Of a DNA stretch of 64,000 nt, positions 49,263 through 62,760 are shown in pieces (within the stretch, counting starts at the first letter, position 1; each line of letters starts with the position of its first letter). Position numbers and translations under genes: made by a program. The stretch is from contig NC_082736.1 of the NCBI RefSeq assembly GCF_030144855.1, positions 16,926,001-16,990,000 of the forward strand. The letters are read 5' to 3'. A model generated the notes under the pieces. That model was not told the origin of the DNA, searched no databases, and saw only the letters and a list, made by a program, of their open reading frames with translations. The stretch is from Hypanus sabinus. Taxonomy: Eukaryota.

Positions 49263-52200
49263 TGTAGGGACAATGATGGTGAAAGGGGGAGGGAAAGAAG
49301 ACACGGGGAGGAGTGGTCTCAAGATCCTCAGGTGTTCTCCCGATGGGATAAAGCACAAAAGGGGAAATATCAAAGAGAGATGAGAATGGAGCTGTGATTG
49401 TCATGAGAGATTTAATCAGAAGCAGATTGGGGTACTGCTGCATAGATACCTTTGAGAGCTGCAACAACCACGATCTGCTGGTGGCAACCCATTCCAACTG
49501 AGTTTCCCATTCACATAACAACATATTGGTGCCTGACAGCTGTCTTAACTGGTGATGGGGAGTAATGGGACAAGCTCCCACTTCCCATTAAATGCTGCCG
49601 ATGGTGTGCGCCACAAATTGCCTCTGTCAGCCAAATCCAGCTCCTGACATTTACAGACGGTTTAGCTACTAAGCCCGACGGAACTGTTTCTCGTGACGGG
49701 AAGGTGCAAATTGGTTTACGAGCATCATATAACCAACTGCTATGGGCAGATGGGCTCGTCAGCCATGCTTGGCAGCTCATCTAGTGGAAGGAAAACCCTA
49801 ACCTCAAACCTGGACCCTGGTGTTCACCCTCAATTTGTGGTCTGAAGTTCTCCCTCATTGTGGTCACTTCTTCAGGGATCCTTCACCACAAGATCTCTCT
49901 GTAATCCCACCTCATTACACAGATTACAACTGAAATGTCCTGTTCCTGGGTAAGGTCCTGGTGTAAGAAACTGTTTCTGACCACTCCACAAATTCCTCTT
50001 CCACTGTACCAGTTTGATTAGTTTAATCAATACACAGAACTCTGAAAACAGTCGATATTTTGGGCGGAGGACCTTCATCAGGATGAGAAAGAAAGGGACA
50101 AAAGCCAGAATGAGATGGTAGGGGAGAATCCAATAGGAGAGAACATTGGACCATGGGATAACACGAAGGAGGTGGAGAACCAGAGAGAATTGATGGGCAG
50201 GTCATGAGGGTGGGTGAGGAGAAGTGAAGGGGTTAAATGGCATCAGAATGGGGGGGAAAGAAGTGGGGGTGAGGGAAACAGAGTGTAGTGATATCCAGAA
50301 TTTTGAGAAATCAATGTTCATGCCTTTAAGATTAGAGGCTACACAGTCAGAATATGAGGTGTTGTTCGGCTAACCTGTATTTGGCCTCATTGTAGCAGGA
50401 GAGGAGGCTACAGACAGAGATGTTGGTGATGGCCCTCCGCTGGTCAGGGTCGACCAAGGATATTGTATCCTCACTGTGAAAGTCAATATGTAAACCAGGG
50501 TAGTAAGATACGTAAAGCCCCAGCAGGGGCTCCTGCTCTCCACGCAGCTGATGAATCCAGAGCAACAGCAGAGACCGATGGAGTCAGGCACCAGCAGTGT
50601 CACAGGATTACCAGTCTGCACTGAACATCAGGCCGACAGGGAATTAGTGTTCACAGTGGGGACACAGCAAACATCCCACAGATATCTGATGGTAACATTT
50701 CAACATTGTGCAATAATGTGTAATAACCGCCATCACTAGGGAGAAACTAATGGGACTACAAGCAAACATTACCAGTTCCCAACGACAGACACTGAAGTCT
50801 GGAGAGAAAGTAGAGACATTGAAGTCTGTCAAAACTCACTGTTACAGAAAGGTCCCAGTGGAGTTGAAAACCATTGTTGAAGAAGGGTGGAAGATCAAAA
50901 GCAGGTGACTGTAGTCCAGTTAACTTCACTTCAGCTACTGGAGTCTATAATCAATGAAGAAATAACATCATTTAGAAAAGTTTAATATCATTCAACTAAG
51001 TCAACGGGGTTAACTGTCAGATTCACACAGCACAGAAACAAACCCTTCAGCTAAAAGTTCCCATCTGAGCTTGTGGTCTGCAACCCCCTCACCACCACAT
51101 TATGAACAAGGCTATCATCCTCATTGTCCCATTTCCTTGAATTTGGCCCATATCCTTCAAAACCTTTCCTTCCCATCTACCTGTCCAAGTACCATTTTCA
51201 ATGTACCTGTCTCAACCACTCCCCCTGGCAGCTCATTCCATACACTGACCAACCTGTGTGTGGAAAAGTTGCCCTTCAGACTGGGATGACATAACTTGTG
51301 AGCAACCAGTTCTGGATCATCAATGATTTATTACTGATATTAATGACCCAGAGGAGGGAGGAGTCCATGGTTGTCAATGACAGGGAGTGTGCTGGGGAGG
51401 CATGTTGTGATTAGACATTTGGTCTCCAACAGGATAAGGCAGGTAAGATTTCTGTTTCCATATTCACACAGCAATGAGCCCTTCAGCTCAAAGTTCCCAT
51501 CTGAGCTTGTGGTCTGCAATCCCCTCACCACATTATGAACAAGACTATCATCTATCATCTATCAAGACTATCAAGACTGTGGCGAGGGCCAGGTTTCGGC
51601 TGCCATGGGGAGAGGCAGAAGCAGATATGATAATGACATTGAACAGGGCTTCAGATAAGCTCATTAATATTCAGAGAATTGAAGCATATGAATTATACGC
51701 AGTCAGAAAAGATTTAGTTTCATTTGGCATCGCGTTCAGCAGAGACATCATGGGAAGTAGGGCCTGTTCCTGTGCTGTACTGTTCTGTGTTCTCGGTGAG
51801 CCTCAGTGACGGGGGAGTCTTTAGCCGGGGTCACAGACAGGTGTATCTGTGGCAAGGAGCGAGACTGCAGGATGGCGCATTACCTCCCTGGTACCAGGGC
51901 CAAGGATGTAACTGAACAAGTACAGGCCATTCTGAAAGGGCAGGGTGAGCAGCCAGAGGTCGTGTCCATATTGGTTCTAACAAAAGAGACAGAGTTCTCT
52001 TCGCAGTTGGGGAAAAAGTTGGGAGAAAAAGTTAAGTAGAAACTCAGTGGTGGAGGTAATCCCAGTGTCACCTGCTAGCGAAATAAATAGGGAAAAAGTA
52101 AAAAGATGGTACAGTTATATGTGTGGTTCACAAGCTCGTGCAGGACGGAGGGTTTTAGTTACATGGATCATTGAGTTTTTTTCAGGAGAGGAAATGGGAA

Positions 52201-52269
52201 GAGTGAAAGTGAGAGATGGGTCGTGGCATTGACGGATATGGATTAACACAGAAAGTAAGTCCAAATAGA

Positions 52270-52680
52270 TAAATTACAGTGTGTCAGTAGCACTACAAGT
52301 GCACAGATAAACAAATATTAGAAGTAAGAGTAAGAATAAAAAGTTACCATAAACAGTCTAACATCACTTCCCCGGCTATAGGTTGACTCATTACAGAGCC
52401 TAATGGCCCAGTGTAAGAATGACTTCATACACGCTCCTCGGAGCAGCACAGTTGTCTTAGTCAGTTACTGAAGGTGCTCCTCTGTTCAGCCAAGGAGGCA
52501 TGCAGAGGGTGATAAACGCTGTCCAGAACTGCCAGGATTTTCAGTCGGGTCCTTTGTTCTACCACCGCCTCCAGTGTGTCCAGTTTTACTCCTATAACAG
52601 AGCCAGCCTTTCTAATCAGTTTATTCTCAGATGGCAGCATCCGTGTTGATGCCACTGGCCCAGTACACCACTGCATAGTT
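52270..52680 (-). mobile_element. Rex/L2-like LINE 3' end
   Basis: NKLIRKAGSVIGVKLDTLEAVVEQRT..HPLH. Confidence 0.65.
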
Positions 52681-53699
52681 AGGCCAAGTTAATGAGCACA
52701 GTGGCACCGAGGGGCTGAAGGGTGTTTGTATCAGTGCCGGGTGTGGAACAGTTAATGCAGACGTACTTAGAGCCTGAATTAGTACATGGCACAGTGATTC
52801 ATCCATTACAGAGAAGGGCAGGAGTGGCAGCGAAACATTCCAGGATTCAGATTCAGACAGTCCAGAGGGAGGTGAATGAGGATTGGGGAGCTGTACTGCT
52901 GATCAGGCAGAATGTCACAAATTCAAGGTCATCCCAAAGGCTCATCCAGTGAGACAATGTGGGTGGAACTAAGGAATGAGAAAGGTGCAATCATTGTATT
53001 ATACTGTAGGGCTTCCCCCAGCCAGTAAGAGAGAGAAACAGATGTGTCGGCAGGTTATGGGCTGATGTAAAAACAACAGAGTATCGATAGTGAAAAATCT
53101 CCCCAGCGTGACTGGGACTCTCATACCACCTGTAACTTGGATGTGATTAAGTGTGCTCAGGAAGGTTTCCTGAAACAGTGTGTGGCCCACCAGCGAGATG
53201 GACATTCTTGACTTCACCTTGGAAAATACGGGACTCACCAGATTGTGGCAGGAACAACCAGTGTTCAAAGAGGAATTAGACAAGTCCTTCAGGGGAAATA
53301 ACCTGCAGAGCTGTGGGGACAGAGTGGGGAATGGGACTGCGGAAATGTAGCAGGAGCTGGTATAAACTTGATGGGTCAAATAGTCTAGATCATCCCAGAA
53401 TTATCCTGTGACCAGTAATAGTCTGAAAAAATATTCTAGTCTCCAGTGAATCTTCTAAGCTCCTGGTTGGACAAGATCAATTGTGTAATAAGGACACACT
53501 TCTGTAAAAACACTAACACCATATTCCAAGCACACAGCTGCCAGAGCACAGCACCAGCCAGTGAGGACACAGACCAGTACAACACCTGGCTCTCTACTAC
53601 AAAGTTCAAAGCTGAAAGTAAATGTATTATCAAAATACATTTCTGTCATCATCTCAACCCTGGGATTTATCTTCCTGTGGGCATACTGCTGGTTTGTTA

Positions 53700-56600
53700 G
53701 AGCTGTTGGGGAGGGTATAAACTAATTTGGCAGGGGTATGAGAACTGGCATGAAAGGACTCAGGATAGTACAGATGGTAAGGAAAGAAAAGACAGCATGC
53801 AGTCACGCTGTCAGGAAGAGCACAGGGATGCAGAATCAATAAGGATAGCAAATTCAATACTTAAAGTGTTATATCTCAATGCACAGAGTATAAAAAATAA
53901 GCTGGATAATCTTATTGCCCTATCATGGATTGTCATGTATAATGTGATCATCACTGAATCATGGCAGAAAACTATTTAGAGTTGGGAGCTAAAAGCCCAA
54001 GTTAGACAAATCAGAAGGACAGGAAGGTAGGCATAGGGGATGGCACAGCTCTGCTGGTAAAGAATGGTATCAAATCAGTAGAAAGATGTGCCATAGCATC
54101 GGAAGATGTTGAATCATTTTGCATAGAGTTAAAAAAAACTGCAAATGTAAAAGGACATTGATGCAGTTGAAAACAGGCCATCAACAGTTGTTTGGATGTG
54201 GACCACAGATTACAACAGGAAATAGAAAAGGCATGTCAAATGGGCAATGGTATTGGAGATATCATGGGAGATTTCAACATGCAGGTCGTTTGGGAAAATC
54301 AGGTTGGAAACAGATCTCAAGAAACTGAATTTGTTGAATGCCTAGGAGATGTCTTTTTAGAGCAGTTTGTTGTTGAACCTACTGGAGAATCAGCTATACT
54401 GGATTGTGTTATTTAATGAACAGGAGGCAATTAGGAAACATAAGGTAAAAGAACCCTTAGGAGGCAGTGATCACAGTATCACTGAGTTCAACTTGAAATT
54501 GGATAGGGAGAGAGTACAGTCTGACATAGCAGTGTTTCAGTGGAGTAAAGGTAGTAACAGTGGTATGAGAGAGGAGTTGGCTAAAGTAAATTGGAAGGGG
54601 ATGCTGGCAAGAGATGGCAGCAGAGCAAAAAAGGTAGAGTTTCTGAGTAAAATGAGGGAGGTACAGGATAAATGTATTCCCGAAACAAGGAATTCAAGGA
54701 ATTCCTTTGGCTGACAAGGAAGTCAAAGCAAATGTAAAACCAAAAGGGAGGGCATAAAACAAAGAAAAAAAATAGGCAGAATACAGAGGATTGGGAAGCT
54801 TCTAACACCTTACAGAGAGCAAACTAAAGAGGATAAAGAATAAATATCCTAGCAAATATTATTAAAGTGGATAGTTTAAGCTTTTTCAAGTATGTAAATC
54901 ATAAAGGAGAGATGAGACTGGATTTTGGACTGCTAGAAAATCAGGCCAGAGAAATAACAACAGGGTGGTGGGGAAGGAGACGGCAGATGAACTACATGAG
55001 TGCTTTGCATCACTGGAAGTTACTAGCCGTGTGCCAGATGTTGAAGGGTGTGAGTGGAGAGAAGGGAGTGCAGTTATTATTATTATTACTATTATTATAA
55101 GGGAAAGGTGCTCAAAAAGCTGAAAGACCTGACGGTATCTAAGTCACCCAGACCAGATGAATTGCACTCTAGGGCTGTTTGCTACAGACTGTGATGCCAT
55201 TAGTAATGATCATTCAAGAATAATTGGACTCCAGCATCCTGCACAGGGACTGGAAAATTGCATATGTCACTCCACTCTTTAAGAAAGGAGGAAGGTGGCA
55301 GAAAGGAAATTATAGACCAGTCAGCCTGATCTCAGTGGTTGGGAAGATGTTGTAGTTAATTGTTAAGGATGAGGTTATGGAGTATTGGAAACACAGGACA
55401 AGAAAGGACAAAGTCAGCATGGTTCCCTTAAGGGAAAATCTTGCCTGATGAACCTGTTGGAATTCCTTGAAGAGATTACCCGCAGGATAGATAAAGGAGA
55501 TGTAGCGGATGTTGTATATTTTGACTTCCAGAAGGCCACTAACAAGGTGCCACACATAAGGCTGCTTAACAAGTTAATAGCCCATGGTATGACAGAAACG
55601 TTACTGGCGTGGTTAGAGCATTGGCTGATTGTTACAAGGCAGCAAGTGGGAATAAAAGGATCCTCTCTGGCTGGCTACCAGTGAGTAGTGGTGTTCCGCA
55701 GGGGTCGGTGTTGGGACCATTTCTTTTTATGCTGTATATCAATAAATTATATGATAGAATAGATGGCTTTTTTGCAAGTTTGTAGATGACGAGAAGGGCA
55801 GGTACTGTACAGGAAACAGGTAAGCTGCAGAAGTACTTAGACTAAGAGAATGGTGACAGATTGGGAGAATGGTCAAGACAATGGCAAATGAAATACATTG
55901 TTGGAAAATGCATGGTTGTGCACTTTAGTAGTAGAAATAAATGCACAGATATTTTCCAAATAGGGAGAAAATCCAAAAATCTGAGATGCAAAGGGACTTG
56001 GGAGTCTTTGTGCAGATGAACCTAAAGATAACTTGAAGGCAGAGTCAGGGGTGAGGAAGGCAAAAGCAATGTTAGCATTCACATCAAGCGGTTAGAATAC
56101 AAGAGCAGGGATGTGATGCTGAGACTTTATAGGGCATTGGTGAGGCCTCACCTTGAATATTGTGAAGAGTTTTGGGCTCCTCATCTAAGAAAAGATGTGC
56201 TGGCATTGGAAAGGGTTCAGAAGAGGTTCACAAGGGTGATTCTGGGAATGAATCGGTCATCATACAAGGAAATTTTGATAGCTCTGGGTCTGTACTCACT
56301 GGAATTTTGAAGGATGGGGGGGGGGGGGTTGAAATCTCATTTTGAATGTTGAAAGGCCTGGACTGAGTACATGTGGAAAGGTTGTTTCCTGTAGTGGGGA
56401 AGACTAGGAATAGAAGGCACACCCTCAGGATAGAGGGGTGTCCATTTAAAACAGAAATGCAGGGAAATTCTTTAGCCAGAGGGTGATGAATTAGGTCAAT
56501 TTATACCCAAAGGCAACTGTGGAGGCCAAATCCTTGGGTGTATTTAAGGCAGAACTTGATAGGCTCATGATTGGACATGTCATCATAGGTTATGAGGAGA

Positions 56601-56712
56601 AGGCCAGGGAGTGGGGCTGCATAGGGTAAAAAGGGTCAGCCAAGATTGAATGGCAGAGCGGACTTGACAGGCCAAATAGCCTAATTCTGCTGCTATGTTG
56701 TACGGTCTTACT
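53700..56712 (+). mobile_element. Near-full-length degenerate CR1 ORF2
   Basis: KVLYLNAQSIKNK, IMGDFN, LGGSDH (APE); SQHGSLKGKSCL, VVYFDFQKA (RT); 3'UTR. Confidence 0.88.
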
Positions 56713-58814
56713 CAGTAAATCCAAGAACCACAACAGAAAGACCGCAACAACAGGGTGACCAAATAACCAATGTGCAAATGACAATAATGTGTAAATACAA
56801 GAGAGAAAATAATAATAGGTCATAATTAAATAAATAGAGAACATGAGATGCAGAATCATTGAAATTGAAGTGATAGATTGAGGGGAACAGTTTAGTGGTG
56901 AGTTAAGTGAAGTTAAATGGAGTTATCTCCACTGTTTCTGGTTTAAGGTGACACCAGTGAATCTCTTTTTCTGGCAAACAGATAGCCTGTAACTTCCCTT
57001 TCAAACTGGAGGCAATTTGATGTGGCAGAATTTGCTTGTGTTGATTGTTTGCAGGATTTGTCTTTCTTTCTGCACATTGGGTGTTCGATGGTCTTATTTT
57101 ATTAGTGGGTTCTTCTGGCTTTGTTTTGTGGCAACCTGTTTGAAACAAACCTCAAAGTTGTGGAGTTGATAATAAATTTACTTTGAACTTTGATTAAAAA
57201 ACCTGATGCTTGAGGGATAAAATAAGGACAAAAATTTAACAAAACTTAAAACTGATGCTCTTTTAATTACAGGCCAGGATGCAGAAGAGTGGAAAATGAC
57301 AAATATTCTTCCTCTTTTTAAGAACTGCAATAGGGACAAAAAGGAAACTATACCCTGCTGACTCTTACATTAGTGGTAGTGATATTACTGGGAAAGATAT
57401 TCAACGATAGGATCATCTCAGACTTTATAAGGCATTGGTCCGATCACACTTGGAGTATTGTGAACTGTTTTGGGCCCCTTATCTAAAAGGCGAGCATCGC
57501 ATAGGAGAGGGTCTACAGTAGGTTCACAAAAATTATCCTGGCATTGATGTTTTCCATTTGTATAAACGAGCTGGATGAGAATGTGGTAAACTGGATCAGC
57601 AAGTTTGCAGATGACACCAAGATCTGGGGTATGATGGACAGCAAAGGAGGCCAGCAAATCTTGATGTGGGATATGGACCAGCTGGCAAAATGAAGGAGGT
57701 TCCAATCTGGAACACACTGCCTGAGGGGTGGTGCAGGCTGGTATTTAAGGACCGTCTTGATGATCATTTGAATCACCAGGGCAGGGTAGGAGAGAGACCA
57801 AGTGCTGAGTTAGTGGAGACAGATTCTCGATGGTCAGTATAAACATGCAGAAACCACTGACTGTGAAAGTTCAGTGGGAACCTGGAACACGGAACTTCAG
57901 GATGGACTTACCTGAAACACTCAGAACCCAGGACAATTGATTTTTGTTGGACAAAGGTATTAATGCATTAGGGTGAGTAGAGAATCAACCCCCTCAAAAG
58001 GCTACCAAAATGCACCCATTCCCCATGCACCAGTAACAGGACTTTTAAATGGGAATTTGGTAAAGAACACTGGTTAATATTAGGAGACAGCAGACCGCTT
58101 GGTCACAATGGAAGGATACAAATATCTTCTCAGAGGATAAGGGGTTCAGTGGAACAAGCTCACAGCTGAGAATGAAGGTAACAAACCCCACTGCAGTGGA
58201 GGACTGCTGTGCCAGGGTTGTACAGGACAGAAACAGAACCTCTGGCTCATCACATTTATGCTCCACCATCACAAACAGTTATACTAATCCCACTTTCCTG
58301 CATTAGTTTCATATCCCTCCAAGCCTTGCTCACCAAAGTACCTGTGCATGTGTCTCTAATATTGTTACACAGTTCCCTGTATGTGGCATCACAGGTAGAC
58401 AGGGTTGTGTGTTCTACTTACCTTATCAGCCAAAGAACTGCCTCTCATTAGAATTGTACACAACTGTTTAAAGACAGATTTAAAGGGGATCTGAAATGTA
58501 CATACTTCACACAGAGAATAGGTGCTATCCTAAATCATCTGCCAGAGAAGGTGTGGGGGCAGAAACCCACAAAGTCTCTGTTCATTAAAACTTCTTATGA
58601 ACCTGTCATTCACAGTGTACATCCTGCCCTGGTTGACCCGCCCAGAATAGAGTCAGTGATTTATACAGAACTGAAACCGTCCCTTCGGTAAAACTCATCC
58701 ACGCCGACCATGTTGTCGACCTGAACTCGTCCCATCCGCCTGCATTAAGGCCCGTGTCCCTCTCAACCTTTCCTATCCACGTAACTGTGCAAATATGGTT
58801 TAAATATTGTACCT

Positions 58815-59200
58815 GAGGCAGAGAGCCGGTGCGGTGAGGCGCTGACAGATTCTCACTGTTCCGTGGGCAGGAAGAGGAGAGGCCGATTCCCACAGTGGAG
58901 CCGAAACCCAAAGTAGAGACCAACTCCACTTTACTACAACCCCGTGCCCACCATCCCGGACCCACAGCTCGCTCCGGACCGTTCCCCAGGAAACGACATC
59001 GGTAACTATGAGTTATCTGTGACGTCCGCCCGTGTTGCAATCGTGTTGCGACATGATATCACGTGACACTGATTCGGCAGCACGGGAGGCGGGGCAGGGA
59101 GAGCTGTCAATCAGTGGAGACGTTGAGAAATTTCGAGCATTGTAACAGAGTGGGGACAGGGGGGGAATTCCGGGAACGGTGACGTCCCCTCCCCCCATGG
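58815..59200. promoter_or_regulatory. CpG-rich promoter-like element
   Basis: Local CpG enrichment. TGACGTC twice (59020, 59180), ATCACGTGAC (59058), GC boxes, CTGTCAATCA (59104), GGGGAATTCC (59162) overlapping TTCCGGGAA (59168), and ACTACAACCCC (58933). Confidence 0.7.
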
Positions 59201-59309
59201 GATTTGAGTGTGTCATAGACAGTAATATTCACATTCTTATAAATATTTAATGAGTGTATTTTGTATATTTTTGTGTGGATAACCTTTTATAATTTGGGGT
59301 AAAAAAAAT

Positions 59310-60500
59310 CTATCGAACATTACCGCACAAAAACAGGCTTTTTGGCCCATCTTAGCTGTGCCGAACCATTTTTCTGCCGGGTCCCACTGCCCTGCACCTG
59401 GAACATATCCCTCCATGCACCTCTCTTCCATGTACCTGCCCAGGTTGTTCTTAAATGTTGAAAGTGAGCCCGCATTTACCACTTCATCTGGCAGCTCATT
59501 CCACACTCCCACCACTCTCTGTGTGAAGAAGGCCCCCCCTAAAGTTCCCTTTAAACTTTTCCCCCTTCACCATTAAGCCATGTCCTCTCCCCTAACCTCA
59601 GTGGAAAAAGCCTGCTTGCATTCACTCTATCTATACCCATTATAATTTTATATACCTCTATCAAATCTCCCCTCATTCTTCTACGCTCCAGGGAATAAAG
59701 TCCTAATCAATTCAGCCTTTCTCTGTAACTCAGTTTCTCAAGTCCCAGCAACATCCTTGTAAACCTTCTCTGCACTCTTTCAACTTGATTAATATCCTTC
59801 CTGTAATTTGGTGACTAAAACTGACAACAAATTTTCAAATCCGGCCTCTTATACAACCTCACCATAACATTCCAATTCACATACTCAACACGTTGATTTA
59901 TAAAGGCCAATGTACCAAAAGCTCTCTTTACTACCCTATCTATGTGTGACACCACTTTTAGGGAAATTTGTATCTGTATTCCCAGATCCCTCTGTTCTAC
60001 TGCACTCCTCAGTGACCTACCATTTACCTTATATGTTCTACCTTGGTTTTTCCTTCCAAAGTGCAATATCTCACACGAGTCTGTATCAAACTTCATCTGC
60101 CATATTTCAGCTCATTTTTCCAGCTGGTCCAGATCCCTCTGCAAGCTTTGAAAACCTTCCTCACTGTCCACTACACCTCCAATCATTGTATCATCAGCAA
60201 ATTTGTTGATCCAATTTACCACATTATCATCCAGATCATTGATATAGATGACAAATAACAATGGACCCAGTACTGATCCCTGTGACACACCACTAGTCAC
60301 AGTCCTCCACTCAGAGAAGCAATCCTCCACTACCACTCTCTGGCTTCTCCCAATGAGCCAATGTCTAATCCAATTTACTATCTCACCATGTATACCTAGT
60401 GACTGAATCATACTAACTAACCTCCCGTGTGGACCTTGTCAAAGGCCATGTTGTCCATGTAGACAACATCCACTGCCTTTCCTTCATCCGCCCTCCTTGT
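59310..60500 (-). mobile_element. CR1 RT fragment
   Basis: SGVSQGSVLGPLLFVIYINDL...KFADDT. Confidence 0.88.
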
Positions 60501-60509
60501 AACTGAGAA

Positions 60510-60860
60510 ATTTAATGTTACTGACTCTCTCCACCTCCAGTCCCTGATGATGATCATCATGGATCTCTGGTTTTCTCCTCCTGTCGTCAGTGATCAGCTC
60601 TTCGGTTTTGCTGATATTGAGTGAGAGGTTGTCGTTGTGGCACCATTCAACCAGATCGTCCATCTCCTTCCTGAGGGCAAGTGTGTCACCACCTTTGATT
60701 CATCCAACAACAGTGGTGTCATCTGCAAACTTAAATATGGCATTGGAGTTGTACTTAGCCACACAATCACAGATAGAAAAGTGAGTAGAGTAGTGGTCAA
60801 AGCAAGCAGCCTTGTGGTACACCAGCGCTGATGGTGATTGTGGAAGAGATGTTGTTGACA
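60510..60860 (-). mobile_element. Rex1/Babar-like RT fragment
   Basis: DCVAKYNSNAIFKFADDTTVVG. Confidence 0.7.
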
Positions 60861-61384
60861 TTGAATGCAAAGTCATCACCATGGAAGGGAAATAGAAATC
60901 ACATCTGAGAGAGAAGATTACATTAAAATCAGCAAAATATAAGAATGAAAATGAGTTAGTTTTTTCACAGAAATGTAAAAACAGGGACCCACTTGTTCAC
61001 GCTGACATTTGTCAGTCTGCAAGGAGTACTGTGAGCAATGCTGGGCACTTCATCCAAGGAATGATGTGGTTGCATCAGAGAGAGTCCAGAGTAGGTTCAC
61101 GAGAATGACCCTGGGAATGAAAGGGTTAACATGAGAGGAGCTTTTCATTCTTTTGGGCCTGTACTTGCTGGAGTTTAGAAGAACAAGGAGAGAATCATAT
61201 TATAACCACTTGAGTGAAGGTGGAGAGAATGTTTCCTGTAGTGGGTTAGTGCAGCACCAGATGGCACACACTCAGAATAGTAGGATGTCTCTTCAAAACA
61301 GTGATGAGAAGACATTTCTTTAGCCAATGAATTCTGTGGAATTCATTGTCAAAAGTTGAGGAAACCACACAGTGAGCACTGGAT

Positions 61385-61905
61385 ACAGTTGATTCTCATG
61401 TTAATCCATGGCCTCCTCCTCTTGCGATGAGACCACACTCAGGTTGAAGGAGCAACACCTTATATTCCATCTGGCTAGCCTACAACCTGGTGACATGAAC
61501 TTCAATTTCTCTATCTTCTGGTGATATCCCATGCCTCCTTCACTACTTCCCATTCCCGTTTCCATCTCACATTATCTTCCTACTTGCCCATCACCTCCCT
61601 CTGGTGTTCGTCCCTGTTTTCTTTCGTCCATGGCTTTCTGTCCTCTCCTTCTTGATTCCCCCTCTCCAGCCTGTATCTTATTCACCAATAAACTTTCCAG
61701 CTCTTTACTTCACTGCCCCCTCTCACAGTTTCACCCACCACCTTGTGTTTCTTCCCCTCTACACCTCACCTTCTAACTCTGATCCTCATCTTTTTTTTCT
61801 CCAGTCCTGATGAAGGGTCTTGGCCCAAAGCATCAACTGTACTCTTTTCCATTGATACTGCCTGTCCTGCTGACTCCCTCCAGCATTTTGTGCGTGTTGT
61901 CCAGA
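61385..61905 (+). mobile_element. Penelope-like 3' fragment
   Basis: RLKEQHLIFHLASLQP-like coding sequence plus a terminal repeat with CCTGATGAAGGGTCT. Confidence 0.75.
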
Positions 61906-61924
61906 TACAGGTGATAATCTCAAC

Positions 61925-62510
61925 AGGCTTGCAGGTGAAGTTTTGCTTCTCCTGGATGGACTATTTGGGTTTCTGAATGGTGGTGCAGGGGCAGGTGTAG
62001 CACATGTTCCGAATACAGGGATGTGACAGCAGTGAGATCAGTGGGGAGGGATGGATGGACAAGGGTATCACGGAGAGAGTGATCGCGGCTGAAAGTGGAG
62101 AGTGGGGTGGTTGGAAGGATGCTGGAATCCCTTTGAAGATGGTGGACTTTACGTAGAATGTTGTGCTGAATATGGGCACTTGTGAGGTAGTACGTAAGGA
62201 CAAGGGGAACTGTAACATTGTTATGGCAGTGAGAAGATGGGGTAAGGGCAAATGTCTGGGAAATGGAGGGGATATATGAGGGTGAGAGCAGCAGCAATGA
62301 GAGAGGAAGGGAAACCCCGTTCTTTGAAGAATGAAGACATCGCTGATATTCTGGCAAGGAAAGCCTCACCCTGGGAACAGATGTGACGGTGGCAAATAAA
62401 AGGGACGGCATTTGTACAGTAGACAGGGTGGCAAAAGGTATAGTCAAGATAGCCGTGAGCGTCAGTAGGTTTATAGAGAGGTGTCACCAGACAGTCTGTC
62501 TTCAGAGATG
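61925..62510 (-). mobile_element. Penelope-like element RT fragment
   Basis: LYKPTDAHGYLDYTFCHP...HICSQGEAFLARISAMSSFFKERGFP. Confidence 0.82.
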
Positions 62511-62760
62511 CTACACTAGCCAGTCTGTCTCCAGAGACCGACTGCTGCAGTCTCCTTTTATACACAGTGTCCCGACCTGCCCGAGAAATGTGCAGAGAGA
62601 CGGAGGCGGGAAGGGGAGGAGACAGAGTCAGAGTGACAGATAGAGTCGAGAGCGTCCTCTCATTGTCCAGCTCCACACTCTCCCACAACCACCAATTTCC
62701 AATGGTTTATCCATAACAGAACAGAAACACAGCGCTCGGATCAACCTTCAGACGCAGAGC
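62510..62760 (-). promoter_or_regulatory. H4 promoter copy with TATA and 5'UTR, gene replaced by Penelope RT
   Basis: Minus strand CTGTGTATAAAAGGAGAC..CAGCAGTCGGT..GGCTAGTGTAGCA matches the H4 promoter and 5'UTR, then switches to PLE RT sequence. Confidence 0.8.
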
